Shown: piece by piece, positions 1 to 9,224 of the stretch
How positions within the stretch are numbered: position 1 is the stretch's first letter
Layout of the letters: the number at the start of each line of letters is the position of its first letter
Assembly: GCA_039630545.1 (NCBI GenBank)
Contig: JBCNUU010000003.1
Coordinates: 28,820-92,819 of the forward strand
Length of the DNA: 64,000 nucleotides
Direction: 5' to 3'
Source of the DNA: Endomicrobiia bacterium
GTDB taxonomy: Bacteria > Elusimicrobiota > Endomicrobiia > DTEH01
Program-made: the position numbers and the translations under genes
The notes under the pieces: model-generated
What the model saw: the letters and a program-made list of their open reading frames with translations, nothing else
Database searches by the model: none
Told to the model about the DNA's origin: nothing

Positions 1-371
1 ACCTCTACTTCTTTTTTTATTTCTTCAAAATTTAAATGTTTTCTTATTACCTCTTTATTAGACTTTCTAAATCCACAATATACACAGTTATTTATACAGT
101 AGTTAGTTAAGTAAAGAGGTGCAAATACTACAATTCTGTTATCGTATACTTTTTTTTTAATTTCTAAAGCCACTTTAAAAAGTTCTTGCCATATGTCTTT
201 ATCTTCTATTTTTATTAAGCAAGCTACTTCTTGCGGAGTAAGAGTTTGAATTGATTTTGATTTTTCTATTATCTCAGTAATCTGAGTTATAGATGGAGTT
301 TTTGTTTTATTTATTATTTGCCAGATCTCCTGTGGATTTATAAATATTCTTTTTTCTAATAATGTGTTCAT
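1..371 (-). CDS. hydG: HydG-like radical SAM [FeFe]-hydrogenase maturase, N-terminal 123 aa (gene runs off the left edge)
   Basis: Absent from the ORF track because it has no stop in the window. My reverse-complement translation from ATG (371..369) reads MNTLLEKRIFINPQEIWQ...RIVVFAPLYLTNYCINNCVYCGFRKSNKEV. The CxxxCxxC radical-SAM motif is encoded at nt 75-98. ATGA start/stop overlap with the upstream hydrogenase subunit gene. HydG versus ThiH cannot be separated on this fragment; the hydrogenase context favours HydG. Confidence 0.6.
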   Translation of the reverse strand, partial: MNTLLEKRIFINPQEIWQIINKTKTPSITQITEIIEKSKSIQTLTPQEVACLIKIEDKDIWQELFKVALEIKKKVYDNRIVVFAPLYLTNYCINNCVYCGFRKSNKEVIRKHLNFEEIKKEVE

Positions 372-880
372 TTTTGCTCCTTATATTTTCTTTTAAACTC
401 TTTTATTACTTGAATAACACTTTGAGGGGTTAAGTTTCCGTAGACTTTATTATCTATCATTATTACTGGCGCAAGACTGCAAGCTCCAAGACATCTCGCT
501 TCCTCTAAACTAAAAAATCCATCAGGACTTACATCTCCAATATCTGTATTTAATTCTTCTTTAAGTTTTCTTAAAATTTCTTCTGCACCTTTTATATAAC
601 AAGCCGTACCTAAACATACAGAAATTATATGTTTTCCTGGTTTTTTAAGCTTAAAGTAATGATAAAAAGTTGCTACTCCCCATATATGAGAAGTAGGTAC
701 AGAAATAGTGGTAGCTACCTCCTCTATAGCGGTTTTATCTAAATATCCATAAATTTCCTGGATTTTGTGGAGAATAGTGATTAAGTTTGACTCAGCCCTT
801 GGTACATCTTTGAAATTTTTTAAGAACTCTCTTAGAGATTTTAAATTTAAATCGTCATTTTGTAGATTTTCTTTTTGCAT
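368..880 (-). CDS. hydC: NuoE/HndA/HydC-like thioredoxin-fold [2Fe-2S] subunit of NADH-linked [FeFe]-hydrogenase
   Basis: 170 aa. Has the Cx4C...Cx3C signature (SVCLGTAC ... ARCLGAC SLAPV) typical of the NuoE family. Lies 22 nt downstream of hydA. Confidence 0.75.
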   Translation of the reverse strand: MQKENLQNDDLNLKSLREFLKNFKDVPRAESNLITILHKIQEIYGYLDKTAIEEVATTISVPTSHIWGVATFYHYFKLKKPGKHIISVCLGTACYIKGAEEILRKLKEELNTDIGDVSPDGFFSLEEARCLGACSLAPVIMIDNKVYGNLTPQSVIQVIKEFKRKYKEQK

Positions 881-902
881 TTTAAACCCCCTTGTTATAT
901 TC

Positions 903-2678
903 TTATCTTAAAGTCATCTCCTTTGGAATTATGCCTTTTGGATACTTCTGTTGATAGTGAGTATGCAGGATTTTATGAGCTTTTTCACTTAAAGGTTCTC
1001 CTAAAAATTCTTTATATACTCTTTTTACAACTGGATTTTCATGAGCTCGCCTTATGGTTTTTTTTCTGTCAATTCCATATAGAGCTTCTGCTCTTTTCAT
1101 AAGAATATCTTCGTCAAGTGGTATGGAGTTTATACCAGCATAGGGTTGCCCACCTCCTCCTATACAACCACCCGGACAACCCATAATTTCTATAAAATGA
1201 TATTTCTCTGGGTGCTTTTTTATTAACTCCAAAATTTTGGAAGCATTACCCAACCCATGTACAACAGCAACATTAATTCTCATATCCCCAAAATCAACGC
1301 TGCCTTCTTTTATTCCTTTCATTCCTCTTATACTATTTATTTCTATGTTCAAAAGAGTCTCACCTGTATAAAGTTCATAAGCAGTCCTTATAGCTGACTC
1401 CATCACACCACCTGTTGCACCAAATATAGCTCCACCACCGCTTGAAATTCCAAGAGGATCGTCAAACTCTTCTGGTTCTATATTGAAAAAATCAATTCCT
1501 GCTGATTTTATCATCCAAGCAAGTTCTCTTGTAGTTATTACTATATCAACTGCCCTCATCCCTTCCAGCATAAGCTCTGGTCTTGCTGCTTCATATTTTT
1601 TAGCTGTACAACACATAACTGCTACACTTAATATCTTTTTTGGATCAACATTTATTTTCTGTGCAAAATATGTTTTGATTAAAGAACCTAACATAGACAT
1701 TGGTGACTTACATGTGGAAACATTAGGAATAAGCTCAGGGTAAAACTGTTCCATAAACTTCATCCAAGCAGCTGAGCAAGATGTTATCATAGGAAGTTTT
1801 CCATTGTTTTTTAATCTGTACAAAAGCTCACTTGCTTCTTCCATAATTGTAAAGTCAGCTCCAAGCTGTGTATCAAAAACATAATCAAAACCTAACTTTC
1901 TTAAAGCAGCAACTGTTTCTTTTTCTTTTGGAGTTCCTGCTGGAAAACCAAACGCTTCACCAATTGCTGCTCTAACCGACGGAGCAAACTGTACAACTTT
2001 AACTAAGTTAGGATCCCTTAACTTCTCAAAAAGTTCTTGTGTGTTATTCTTTTCTAAAAATGCTGCTGTAGGGCAAACATTTACGCACTGCCCACATGCA
2101 CTGCAGACACTTTCTGCCATGGGCATATCAAAAGCAGTTGTGACTACTGTTTTAAATCCTCGATATGCATAAGTTAAATTAAAAACTCCTTGTATCTCCG
2201 AACAGACCCTTACACATCTTCCACATAATATACATTTTTCTGGGTCTCTTATTACAGAAACAAAAGAAACATCTTTCTCATAGCGCTTTCTTTCTCCAAC
2301 AAAATGGCGATTTTTTATTCCCATAGAGTAGGTTAGTCTCTGTAGTTCACAAGTCCCGTTTCTGTCGCATGTATGACAATCCATGGGATGGTTGTCTACT
2401 ATTAGTTCCACTATGTCTCTTCTTGCCCTTCTTAAATCAGCTGAGTTGGTATATATCTTCATTCCGTCGTAGACAGGATAAGCACAACTTGCTACATAGT
2501 TTTTTTGCCCTTCAACTTCTACTATGCAAACCCTGCAGGCTCCTTCTATAGACAATTTTGGATGAAAGCACAACCTTGGTATGTGGTATCCAATTTTGTC
2601 AAGAGCCTGCATTATTGTTTGGTTGTCTTCTACTTGATAAGGTTTGTTATCAACATATATAGTTATTGTCTTTCCCAT
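903..2678 (-). CDS. hydA: [FeFe]-hydrogenase catalytic subunit (M3-type: N-terminal 2Fe-2S, His-ligated 4Fe-4S, two ferredoxin-like 4Fe-4S clusters, H-domain)
   Basis: 591 aa. N-terminal CFHP..C..C 2Fe-2S domain, HPMDCHTCDRNGTC, CILCGRCVRVC and CSACGQCVNVCP. The H-domain shows FGATGGVME and the canonical L3 motif EIMGCPGGCIGGGGQP. L1 (TSCSAAW) and L2 (MCCTAKKYE) deviate from consensus (see findings). Confidence 0.9.
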   Translation of the reverse strand: MGKTITIYVDNKPYQVEDNQTIMQALDKIGYHIPRLCFHPKLSIEGACRVCIVEVEGQKNYVASCAYPVYDGMKIYTNSADLRRARRDIVELIVDNHPMDCHTCDRNGTCELQRLTYSMGIKNRHFVGERKRYEKDVSFVSVIRDPEKCILCGRCVRVCSEIQGVFNLTYAYRGFKTVVTTAFDMPMAESVCSACGQCVNVCPTAAFLEKNNTQELFEKLRDPNLVKVVQFAPSVRAAIGEAFGFPAGTPKEKETVAALRKLGFDYVFDTQLGADFTIMEEASELLYRLKNNGKLPMITSCSAAWMKFMEQFYPELIPNVSTCKSPMSMLGSLIKTYFAQKINVDPKKILSVAVMCCTAKKYEAARPELMLEGMRAVDIVITTRELAWMIKSAGIDFFNIEPEEFDDPLGISSGGGAIFGATGGVMESAIRTAYELYTGETLLNIEINSIRGMKGIKEGSVDFGDMRINVAVVHGLGNASKILELIKKHPEKYHFIEIMGCPGGCIGGGGQPYAGINSIPLDEDILMKRAEALYGIDRKKTIRRAHENPVVKRVYKEFLGEPLSEKAHKILHTHYQQKYPKGIIPKEMTLR

Positions 2679-2702
2679 ACAATTCTCCTTTCTTTAAGCC
2701 TG

Positions 2703-4844
2703 CTATAATCTAGATATTGCTTCAAATTTACAAACACGCCAACAAGCACCGCACTTAATACAAACTTTTTGGTTAATAGTGTGTCTTTGTTTAGCAGAAC
2801 CAGATATTGCTTCAACAGGGCATACTTTTTTACAAGCACTACAACCTACACATTTTTCATTAATTTCATATGTTAAAAGGTTTGTGCAAAAATGCGCTCT
2901 ACATTTCTTTTCTTTTATATGTTCTTCATACTCTTCTCTAAAATTTTTTATTGTACTTAAAACAGGATTTGGCGCAGACTGCCCTAGTCCACACAAAGAT
3001 GCCTTTTTAATCATATTCCCCAATCTTTCTAATTTTTCAATATCACCTTCTTTGCCTTCACCATTTACTATTCTTGTAAGAATTTCTAACATTCTTTTTG
3101 TTCCTTCTCTACAAGGTGTACATTTACCACAAGACTCGTTTTGAGTAAACTCTAAAAAGAATTTAGAAACTGCAACCATACAAGAATGTTCATCAATAAC
3201 AATCATTCCACCAGATCCCATTATAGACCCAGCAGATGTCAAGGATTCATAATCTACTGGTGTGTCTAGATGTATCTCAGCCAAACATCCCCCAGACGGA
3301 CCTCCTGTTTGAACTGCTTTGAATTTTTTATTTTCTGGAATCCCACCACCTATCTCGTATACTATTTCTCTTAAAGTAACTCCCATCGGCACTTCTATTA
3401 AACCTGTATTGTTTATTTTTCCTGCCAAGGCAAAAACCTTTGTGCCTTTACTTTTTTGTGTACCCATACTACTAAACCACTCTCCGCCTAATATAATTAT
3501 CGGAGGTATATTTGCCCAAGTTTCAACGTTATTTATTAATGTTGGCTTATCAAATAAACCACTTACTGATGGATATGGTGGCCGCGGACGAGGCATTCCT
3601 CTGTGTCCTTCTATTGAATGAATAAGAGCTGTCTCTTCTCCACATACAAAGGCTCCAGCACCAAGTCTTATTTCTATGTCAAAACTAAAACCACTTCCTA
3701 AGATGTTTTCTCCTAAAAATCCCTCATTGCGTGCTTGTTCAATTGCAATTTTTAATCTTTCAACAGCTAGGGGATACTCAGCACGAATATAGATGATTCC
3801 TTTGTTGCTTCCTATAGCGTATCCTCCAATTATCATTCCTTCTATTATACTATGAGGATCTCCTTCAATCGTGCTTCTGTCCATAAAAGCTCCTGGATCA
3901 CCTTCATCTGCATTACATATTACAAATTTTTCATCAGATTGTTGCTGTGCCGTCAACTCCCACTTTAAACCTGTAGGAAAACCTGCACCACCTCTACCTC
4001 TAAGACCGGATTTTTTTATCTCTTCTATTACTTGTTTAGGAGTCATAAAAGTAAGAACTTTTGCTAAAGCTTCATATCCTCTCATAAGCAGATATTCATC
4101 GATATTTTCTGGATCAATTACCCCACAGTTTCTTAAAACTATCTTTTTTTGTTTTTTTAAACTCTCAAAAGTTCCATAAACTCTTACTAACTTTACAAGA
4201 TTATTGTTTTTTACAAGCAAATCCTCTATTACTTTTCCATCTATTAATGTTTCTTTAACAATTCTTACAACATCTTCTTGAGAGATTTTTGAATATACAA
4301 TAAAGTCAGGATAGATTATCATAATTGGTCCTTCTTCACAAAATCCTAAACAACTAGAAAAACATACTTCAACTTTGTCCTCCAGGTTTTCATTTTTTAT
4401 TTCTTTAATTAATCTATCTACCACCTGTTGATTTTTATTGTTTAAACAAAAAGTTCCTTTGCATATCACAATACTTTTTTGTTTTGTACCAAAAAGTGCA
4501 TTTTCTTTTACAATCTGGTTCTTCTTTATGTGTTCTTCTACTATTTTTTTTGCGACATCTTTTGTAACTTTAATGTATCTTACAGGCATTTTACCTTTTT
4601 CTAATATATCCACCGTAGGTTCTAAACTACACATCCCGACACATCCCTTCTGTGATATATAAGTAGTTATGAGGCCTTTTTTAGCATATTCTTTAAAAAT
4701 TTCCATAACTTCCTTAGAACCAGCAGCAATTTCACAACTAGCCATTCCTACATAAATCAACTTATCAGAGAAATGTGTTTTATTGTAGAGTCTATCTATT
4801 GCTTCTTGCTTCTTTTGTGATAGAATTTCTATTGGTTTAACCAT
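2703..4844 (-). CDS. hydB: NuoF-like FMN/NADH-binding hydrogenase subunit, with N-terminal thioredoxin-like domains and a C-terminal 2x[4Fe-4S] ferredoxin domain
   Basis: 713 aa. Motifs: GLRGRGGAGFPTGLKW (NuoF NADH/FMN region), ESCGKCTPCREG (N3 cluster), CVGCSACKKVCP and CIKCGACWRVC at the C-terminus, CKGTFC...CLGFC in the N-terminal Trx-like module. Confidence 0.9.
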   Translation of the reverse strand: MVKPIEILSQKKQEAIDRLYNKTHFSDKLIYVGMASCEIAAGSKEVMEIFKEYAKKGLITTYISQKGCVGMCSLEPTVDILEKGKMPVRYIKVTKDVAKKIVEEHIKKNQIVKENALFGTKQKSIVICKGTFCLNNKNQQVVDRLIKEIKNENLEDKVEVCFSSCLGFCEEGPIMIIYPDFIVYSKISQEDVVRIVKETLIDGKVIEDLLVKNNNLVKLVRVYGTFESLKKQKKIVLRNCGVIDPENIDEYLLMRGYEALAKVLTFMTPKQVIEEIKKSGLRGRGGAGFPTGLKWELTAQQQSDEKFVICNADEGDPGAFMDRSTIEGDPHSIIEGMIIGGYAIGSNKGIIYIRAEYPLAVERLKIAIEQARNEGFLGENILGSGFSFDIEIRLGAGAFVCGEETALIHSIEGHRGMPRPRPPYPSVSGLFDKPTLINNVETWANIPPIIILGGEWFSSMGTQKSKGTKVFALAGKINNTGLIEVPMGVTLREIVYEIGGGIPENKKFKAVQTGGPSGGCLAEIHLDTPVDYESLTSAGSIMGSGGMIVIDEHSCMVAVSKFFLEFTQNESCGKCTPCREGTKRMLEILTRIVNGEGKEGDIEKLERLGNMIKKASLCGLGQSAPNPVLSTIKNFREEYEEHIKEKKCRAHFCTNLLTYEINEKCVGCSACKKVCPVEAISGSAKQRHTINQKVCIKCGACWRVCKFEAISRL

Positions 4845-4856
4845 TTCTTTCTCCTT

Positions 4857-5477
4857 CTATTTAATATTTTTTTCTTCCAGTTTAACAGAATAAATTAAAT
4901 TCTCAAGTTCAGTTTCAATGTGAACATCATTTACTACACAATTTTTTAACTTTAATTTAACAGGAGCAAAATTTAAAATTCCTTTAATTCCATAACTTAC
5001 AAGCATCTCAGCAACTCTCTGTGCAGCAACTTCAGGAACAGCAAGTATTGCGATTTTTATATTTTCTTTTGCGATAAAATTTTTAGCTTCATCTAAATGA
5101 AAAACAGGAATGGGTAAATTCTTATTAAGTTTTTTAGGATCTATATCAAACCCAGCCACTATTTTTAGTCCTACATTTTCAAATCCTCTAAAATTAATAA
5201 GAGCAGAACCTATATTCCCAACTCCTATAATAATCACTTTCTCAATTTCATTTTTGCCCAGAATTTCATCTATTTTTTTGATTAAATAATCAATTTCATA
5301 CCCTCCCTTATACCTACCTTTAACTCCAACCAAGGAAAAATCTTTCCTAACTTTTATAGGACTAACTCCAACAGCATCAGCAAGATTTACAGAAAAAACT
5401 CTCAAAAAACCTAATTCTTTCATCTTCATTGCAACTTTTTTGTAACTAATCAACCTATTTAATAATTCTTTATTCAT
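4857..5477 (-). CDS. rex: Redox-sensing transcriptional repressor Rex
   Basis: 206 aa. N-terminal winged-helix region (VRKDFSLVGVKGRYKGGYEIDYL) plus Rossmann GVGNIGSAL. Stop lies 12 nt from the hydB start, so it is probably the first gene of the operon. Confidence 0.85.
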   Translation of the reverse strand: MNKELLNRLISYKKVAMKMKELGFLRVFSVNLADAVGVSPIKVRKDFSLVGVKGRYKGGYEIDYLIKKIDEILGKNEIEKVIIIGVGNIGSALINFRGFENVGLKIVAGFDIDPKKLNKNLPIPVFHLDEAKNFIAKENIKIAILAVPEVAAQRVAEMLVSYGIKGILNFAPVKLKLKNCVVNDVHIETELENLIYSVKLEEKNIK

Positions 5478-5634
5478 AATAATCGAAAAATATATAATTT
5501 TTTATTCCAATATGGAACAATTATTTTTATTTTATGTTTTTAAAAAATAATAATCTTTATTTTTTGATCCTTTGTTTGTATTAATTACAAAAATTATATT
5601 AACAAGTCAATAGTTTGAAATAAAGTTTTATTTA

Positions 5635-6291
5635 TTAAACAATCTCGCCCATAAGAATTTTCTTTAACTCTTTGTGGGTAGAAATTACTATATCGGCGAG
5701 TTTTAATTTTTCCTTAGGAAGTGTAGTAGTAATCGCTATGCATTTTAGTCCTGCTGTCTTTGCAGATAAAACTCCCGTGGGAGAATTCTCAACTGCAACG
5801 CTTTTTTCTATTTCTGCTTTTAATAACTCAATTGCTTTAAGATATGGCTCAGGGTGAGGTTTTCTTTTTTTTATTTTGTCTGCTGTGATTATGACATCAA
5901 AATTTACTTTTATATCTTCTGGTAAGTCTTTTTCTATTATCTCCTTATCTGAACTTGTAACTAAAGCTAACTTCTTGTTTGATTTTTTTAAATCTTTTAT
6001 TAACTGCGGTACTTCCTTAAAAGGTTTTATAAATTTTATATATTTTTTTAAAAAGATATTTTTTTGATCTGAAAGAATTTTTTTAAATGTTTCTTCATCA
6101 ATGGATAAGTTTTTGTTTTCAAATAATTTCTTTATTACTTCAAACTCTATAGAACCTTCATTTAGATAAACTTCTTCTTTTGTAAAATAAACATTATATA
6201 AAGAAAATGCTTCAATCCATGCTTGAGCATGATATGGCATACTGTCAAGTATAACTCCATCTAAATCAAAAAATATGTACCTGTAGCACAT
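5635..6291 (-). CDS. HAD-superfamily hydrolase (beta-phosphoglucomutase/phosphatase-like)
   Basis: 218 aa. Motif I FFDLDGVILDS, later VTSS and a K...EN/D pattern typical of HAD subfamily IA. Confidence 0.7.
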   Translation of the reverse strand: MCYRYIFFDLDGVILDSMPYHAQAWIEAFSLYNVYFTKEEVYLNEGSIEFEVIKKLFENKNLSIDEETFKKILSDQKNIFLKKYIKFIKPFKEVPQLIKDLKKSNKKLALVTSSDKEIIEKDLPEDIKVNFDVIITADKIKKRKPHPEPYLKAIELLKAEIEKSVAVENSPTGVLSAKTAGLKCIAITTTLPKEKLKLADIVISTHKELKKILMGEIV

Positions 6292-6339
6292 AAGAACAGG
6301 CGGTTTTAAAAATTACCTTTTGGATGAGAATTTTATGCT

Positions 6340-7761
6340 TTAAAATCTATAAACTAAGCTTAACGAAGAGTTTAGGGTTTCAGGAACTCCGCTTATTAAA
6401 TATGTCCCTGTAAATAAAACCTCCTGCCTAACAAAAGCATCAAGAGATAATGAATTTGTGATGTTTAACCCCAAACCTAATGAAACATCTACAACATCCT
6501 CTGCTGAAGAAACAGTAACATTGCTTTTTGTTTCTCTTGCAGGATTTCCAGCTGTGAAGTCATCTGGATCTTTTATTTCATAAGAATCTATTGATATGAT
6601 ATTATATCTTACTCCCAATCTTCCAGTTAAAACTTTTAAAAAATTACTTTCAAAAGCTACATTGACCGGAATATAAATAAACTGCCTTGAAACTTCATAT
6701 TCTTCTTCTTTCCGATTAGCAGAAAACTGACTAGCTTTAGCGTATGTGTTTATGTTAAAAACACTTAATGCTAGAATCATTTTTGTTTTTTGGTTAAGGT
6801 CAGTATTAAGGGCTGCTGTAAATAAGATGTTGCTGTATTTTTCGTCTCTTTCTTGTTTTAAAGTTTCGGCTAGATCATAGGTTCCATTTCTGTTTGAATC
6901 AACTTTTGAGACAAAACTATTAGGTAAACTTGAAAGATAATAGGTTAGAAAAAGAAGCATTTTAGATGAACCAGAAACTTTATATATTCCCCTTAAATTC
7001 ATATCTAAGTTAAAACCAGTATTTGTCTTTAAAGAATGTTCTTCATTTTCAATGGTAGGAGAAATAGTTTCTACTTCTTCTATTATGGAATTTCCTACAT
7101 AAGGAAAACCAACTCCTACTGAAGCATCAATTTCGGAAAAAGGTCCTACATTTTCAAAAACTTTACCAGCATATATATTAAACTCTACAGAAGCTCTTGT
7201 AGTTTTTACTGTTCCACTGGTAGCTTGTCCTTCGTATTTATGAATTCTTTCTTCAATGTTATTTGCATAGTTAAACCATAAAGTAACCGCTGGCATATGA
7301 TAAATCAAATCAAACTTTTTTTGTGGCTCTAAAACACCAACTGAAACAGTTCCAGTAGCTGTTACATCTATACTTGTTCTTCCCAGATCCGAAGGAAAAT
7401 GTACATCTCCAATTACACCACCTATTTGAGAAATAAAACTAAACTGAGGTCTTCCTATAAAAACACCTAAAACCGAATTTTTAGATATTAAGTCTAAAGG
7501 ATAAACTAAACCACCCCAGCTGTCAGAAATACTGAGGTTTTTATTCAGCACAGGTTGAGCTGCAACACTTTCAACCTCTCCAAGTTCACAAATAAAACTT
7601 CTCTTATAATCAACTATCCTTGCAGGATTTACCCAGATAAATGTATCATCTTTCTCTATCATCCAGCTGTCAATGTTTAAACTTTGAATTCTTGAGTTAG
7701 TGGCAAAACCTAAACAGATAAAAGCATTTACACACAATAACACTGTCAAAAATTTTTTCAT
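6340..7761 (-). CDS. Putative outer-membrane beta-barrel protein of unknown function
   Basis: 473 aa. Signal peptide MKKFLTVLLCVNAFICLGFA, alternating hydrophobic beta-strand pattern, and a C-terminal ...LSLVYRF ending in Phe (typical OMP/BAM signature). I recognise no family. Confidence 0.5.
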   Translation of the reverse strand: MKKFLTVLLCVNAFICLGFATNSRIQSLNIDSWMIEKDDTFIWVNPARIVDYKRSFICELGEVESVAAQPVLNKNLSISDSWGGLVYPLDLISKNSVLGVFIGRPQFSFISQIGGVIGDVHFPSDLGRTSIDVTATGTVSVGVLEPQKKFDLIYHMPAVTLWFNYANNIEERIHKYEGQATSGTVKTTRASVEFNIYAGKVFENVGPFSEIDASVGVGFPYVGNSIIEEVETISPTIENEEHSLKTNTGFNLDMNLRGIYKVSGSSKMLLFLTYYLSSLPNSFVSKVDSNRNGTYDLAETLKQERDEKYSNILFTAALNTDLNQKTKMILALSVFNINTYAKASQFSANRKEEEYEVSRQFIYIPVNVAFESNFLKVLTGRLGVRYNIISIDSYEIKDPDDFTAGNPARETKSNVTVSSAEDVVDVSLGLGLNITNSLSLDAFVRQEVLFTGTYLISGVPETLNSSLSLVYRF

Positions 7762-7853
7762 GATTTTTACCTCCTTGAATTAGAGTTATAAAAGAGTTTA
7801 GGATAAGATTTTATTATAATTTTTTACTATTTATTTCTTTCTTTTTCAATATC

Positions 7854-9149
7854 TCAAATCAATTTTCCATATACATCATAAATGTCTGCTTTTTCTATTT
7901 TTATATTCTCTACAAGATCATCTGATTTGCCCGAAAAGTAAACTCTACCATCTATCTCCGGACATTGGAACTCTGTATGACCGAAAGTATCACTGTCGCA
8001 TAAAACTTTATATATTTTGTTTACCCTTGATAAATTTTTTTTATAAGTAATCTTTTGCTGGGTTGACATAATTGTTGTGTATCTTTCTTTTTTTATTCTG
8101 TAGGGAATTTTAGGATATAAATCCTGAGCTTTTGTATTTTTTTGTAAAGAAAACATGAATGTTCCCAACCAGTCAAACTCAAGCTGTTTTATATCCTCAA
8201 GCAAAACTTCAAAGTCTCTGTCTGTTTCCTGTGGAAAACCAACTATCACTGTTGTTCTTAACGCAATATTTTTTACTTTCTTTTTTAATCTCTCTACAAG
8301 TTTTAAAATATCTGCTCTTGTTGTGTTTCTTCCCATGAGAGACAAAATTTTATCTGATGTATGTTGTATCGGCATATCAATGTATTTACAAACTTTTTCA
8401 TTGTTTGCAATTTCATAAATTAACTCATCATAAAAATGTCCAGGATGAGTGTAAAGAATTCTTATCCATAAAAGCTCTTTTATTTTAGACAACTTAGAAA
8501 CAAGAACATGAAGCATTTTTTTCTTATAAATTTTAGTTCCATACCTTGTTGTATCATTAGACACAAGAATTATTTCTTTTGTTCCTCCTGAAACTAACTT
8601 TTGAGCTTCTTTAACCACATCTTCAACTTCTCTTTCCCTGTAGGGACCTCTAATTGCAGGAATTAAACAATAAGAACATCTGTTGTCACAGCCGTCTGCT
8701 ATTTTTATGTAGGCATAACTTTTAGGCGTAGTTACAATTCTAGGCATTGAAGATTTATACATAAAAACTGGTAAACTTGAAACGCTTATTATTTTTTTAG
8801 ATGGATTTTCTATAAACTCAGAAATTTTACATATATCGGAAACTCCAAAAATTCCGTCTATCTCAGGATATTTTTTCAATAAGTTTTCTTTTTCAACCTG
8901 AGGAAGACATCCTATTATCAACAACTTAAAAGCTTTTATTTTTTTGTATTTTATAAGATTGTTTATATAGTGTTTTGCTTCCTTTCTTGCTTCTCCTATA
9001 AAACTACATGTATTGAGTATAACTATATCAGCAAAAATAGGCTTTTCTACAAATTCACAATTTTTTTCTTTAAGCAACCCTGATAAAACTTCGCTATCAA
9101 CTAAATTTTTTGCACAGCCTAAAGAAATAATATGAACTTTTTTAGGCAT
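7854..9149 (-). CDS. rimO: Ribosomal protein S12 methylthiotransferase RimO (MiaB-family radical SAM)
   Basis: 431 aa. N-terminal IISLGCAKNLVDSE (UPF0004 domain), radical-SAM ADGCDNRCSYCLIP, C-terminal TRAM-like region. Confidence 0.8.
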   Translation of the reverse strand: MPKKVHIISLGCAKNLVDSEVLSGLLKEKNCEFVEKPIFADIVILNTCSFIGEARKEAKHYINNLIKYKKIKAFKLLIIGCLPQVEKENLLKKYPEIDGIFGVSDICKISEFIENPSKKIISVSSLPVFMYKSSMPRIVTTPKSYAYIKIADGCDNRCSYCLIPAIRGPYREREVEDVVKEAQKLVSGGTKEIILVSNDTTRYGTKIYKKKMLHVLVSKLSKIKELLWIRILYTHPGHFYDELIYEIANNEKVCKYIDMPIQHTSDKILSLMGRNTTRADILKLVERLKKKVKNIALRTTVIVGFPQETDRDFEVLLEDIKQLEFDWLGTFMFSLQKNTKAQDLYPKIPYRIKKERYTTIMSTQQKITYKKNLSRVNKIYKVLCDSDTFGHTEFQCPEIDGRVYFSGKSDDLVENIKIEKADIYDVYGKLI

Positions 9150-9224
9150 GGGATTAATTTATAATAAATAACTTCGGATTAAAAATCAACAAAAGGCTTT
9201 CTTTTTAAAATGAAAAAAACAATT

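Noticed and set aside
875-4662. Nine plus-strand ORFs (60-121 aa) inside the hydC/hydA/hydB region
   Set aside because: All lie antisense to long ORFs with strong family motifs. Their translations are low-complexity (Phe/Ser/Leu/Ile-rich) with no recognisable domains. They are typical shadow ORFs.
5571-5605. Possible Rex operator upstream of rex (TTGTATTAATTACAA at 5576-5590; TTAACAA half-site at 5599-5605)
   Set aside because: The Rex consensus as I know it is an 18-bp palindrome, TTGTGAA-N4-TTCACAA (TTGT-N10-ACAA). The palindrome here has N7 spacing (or N11 using the upstream TTGT), and the second element is only a half-site. This is not good enough to call without a PWM scan.
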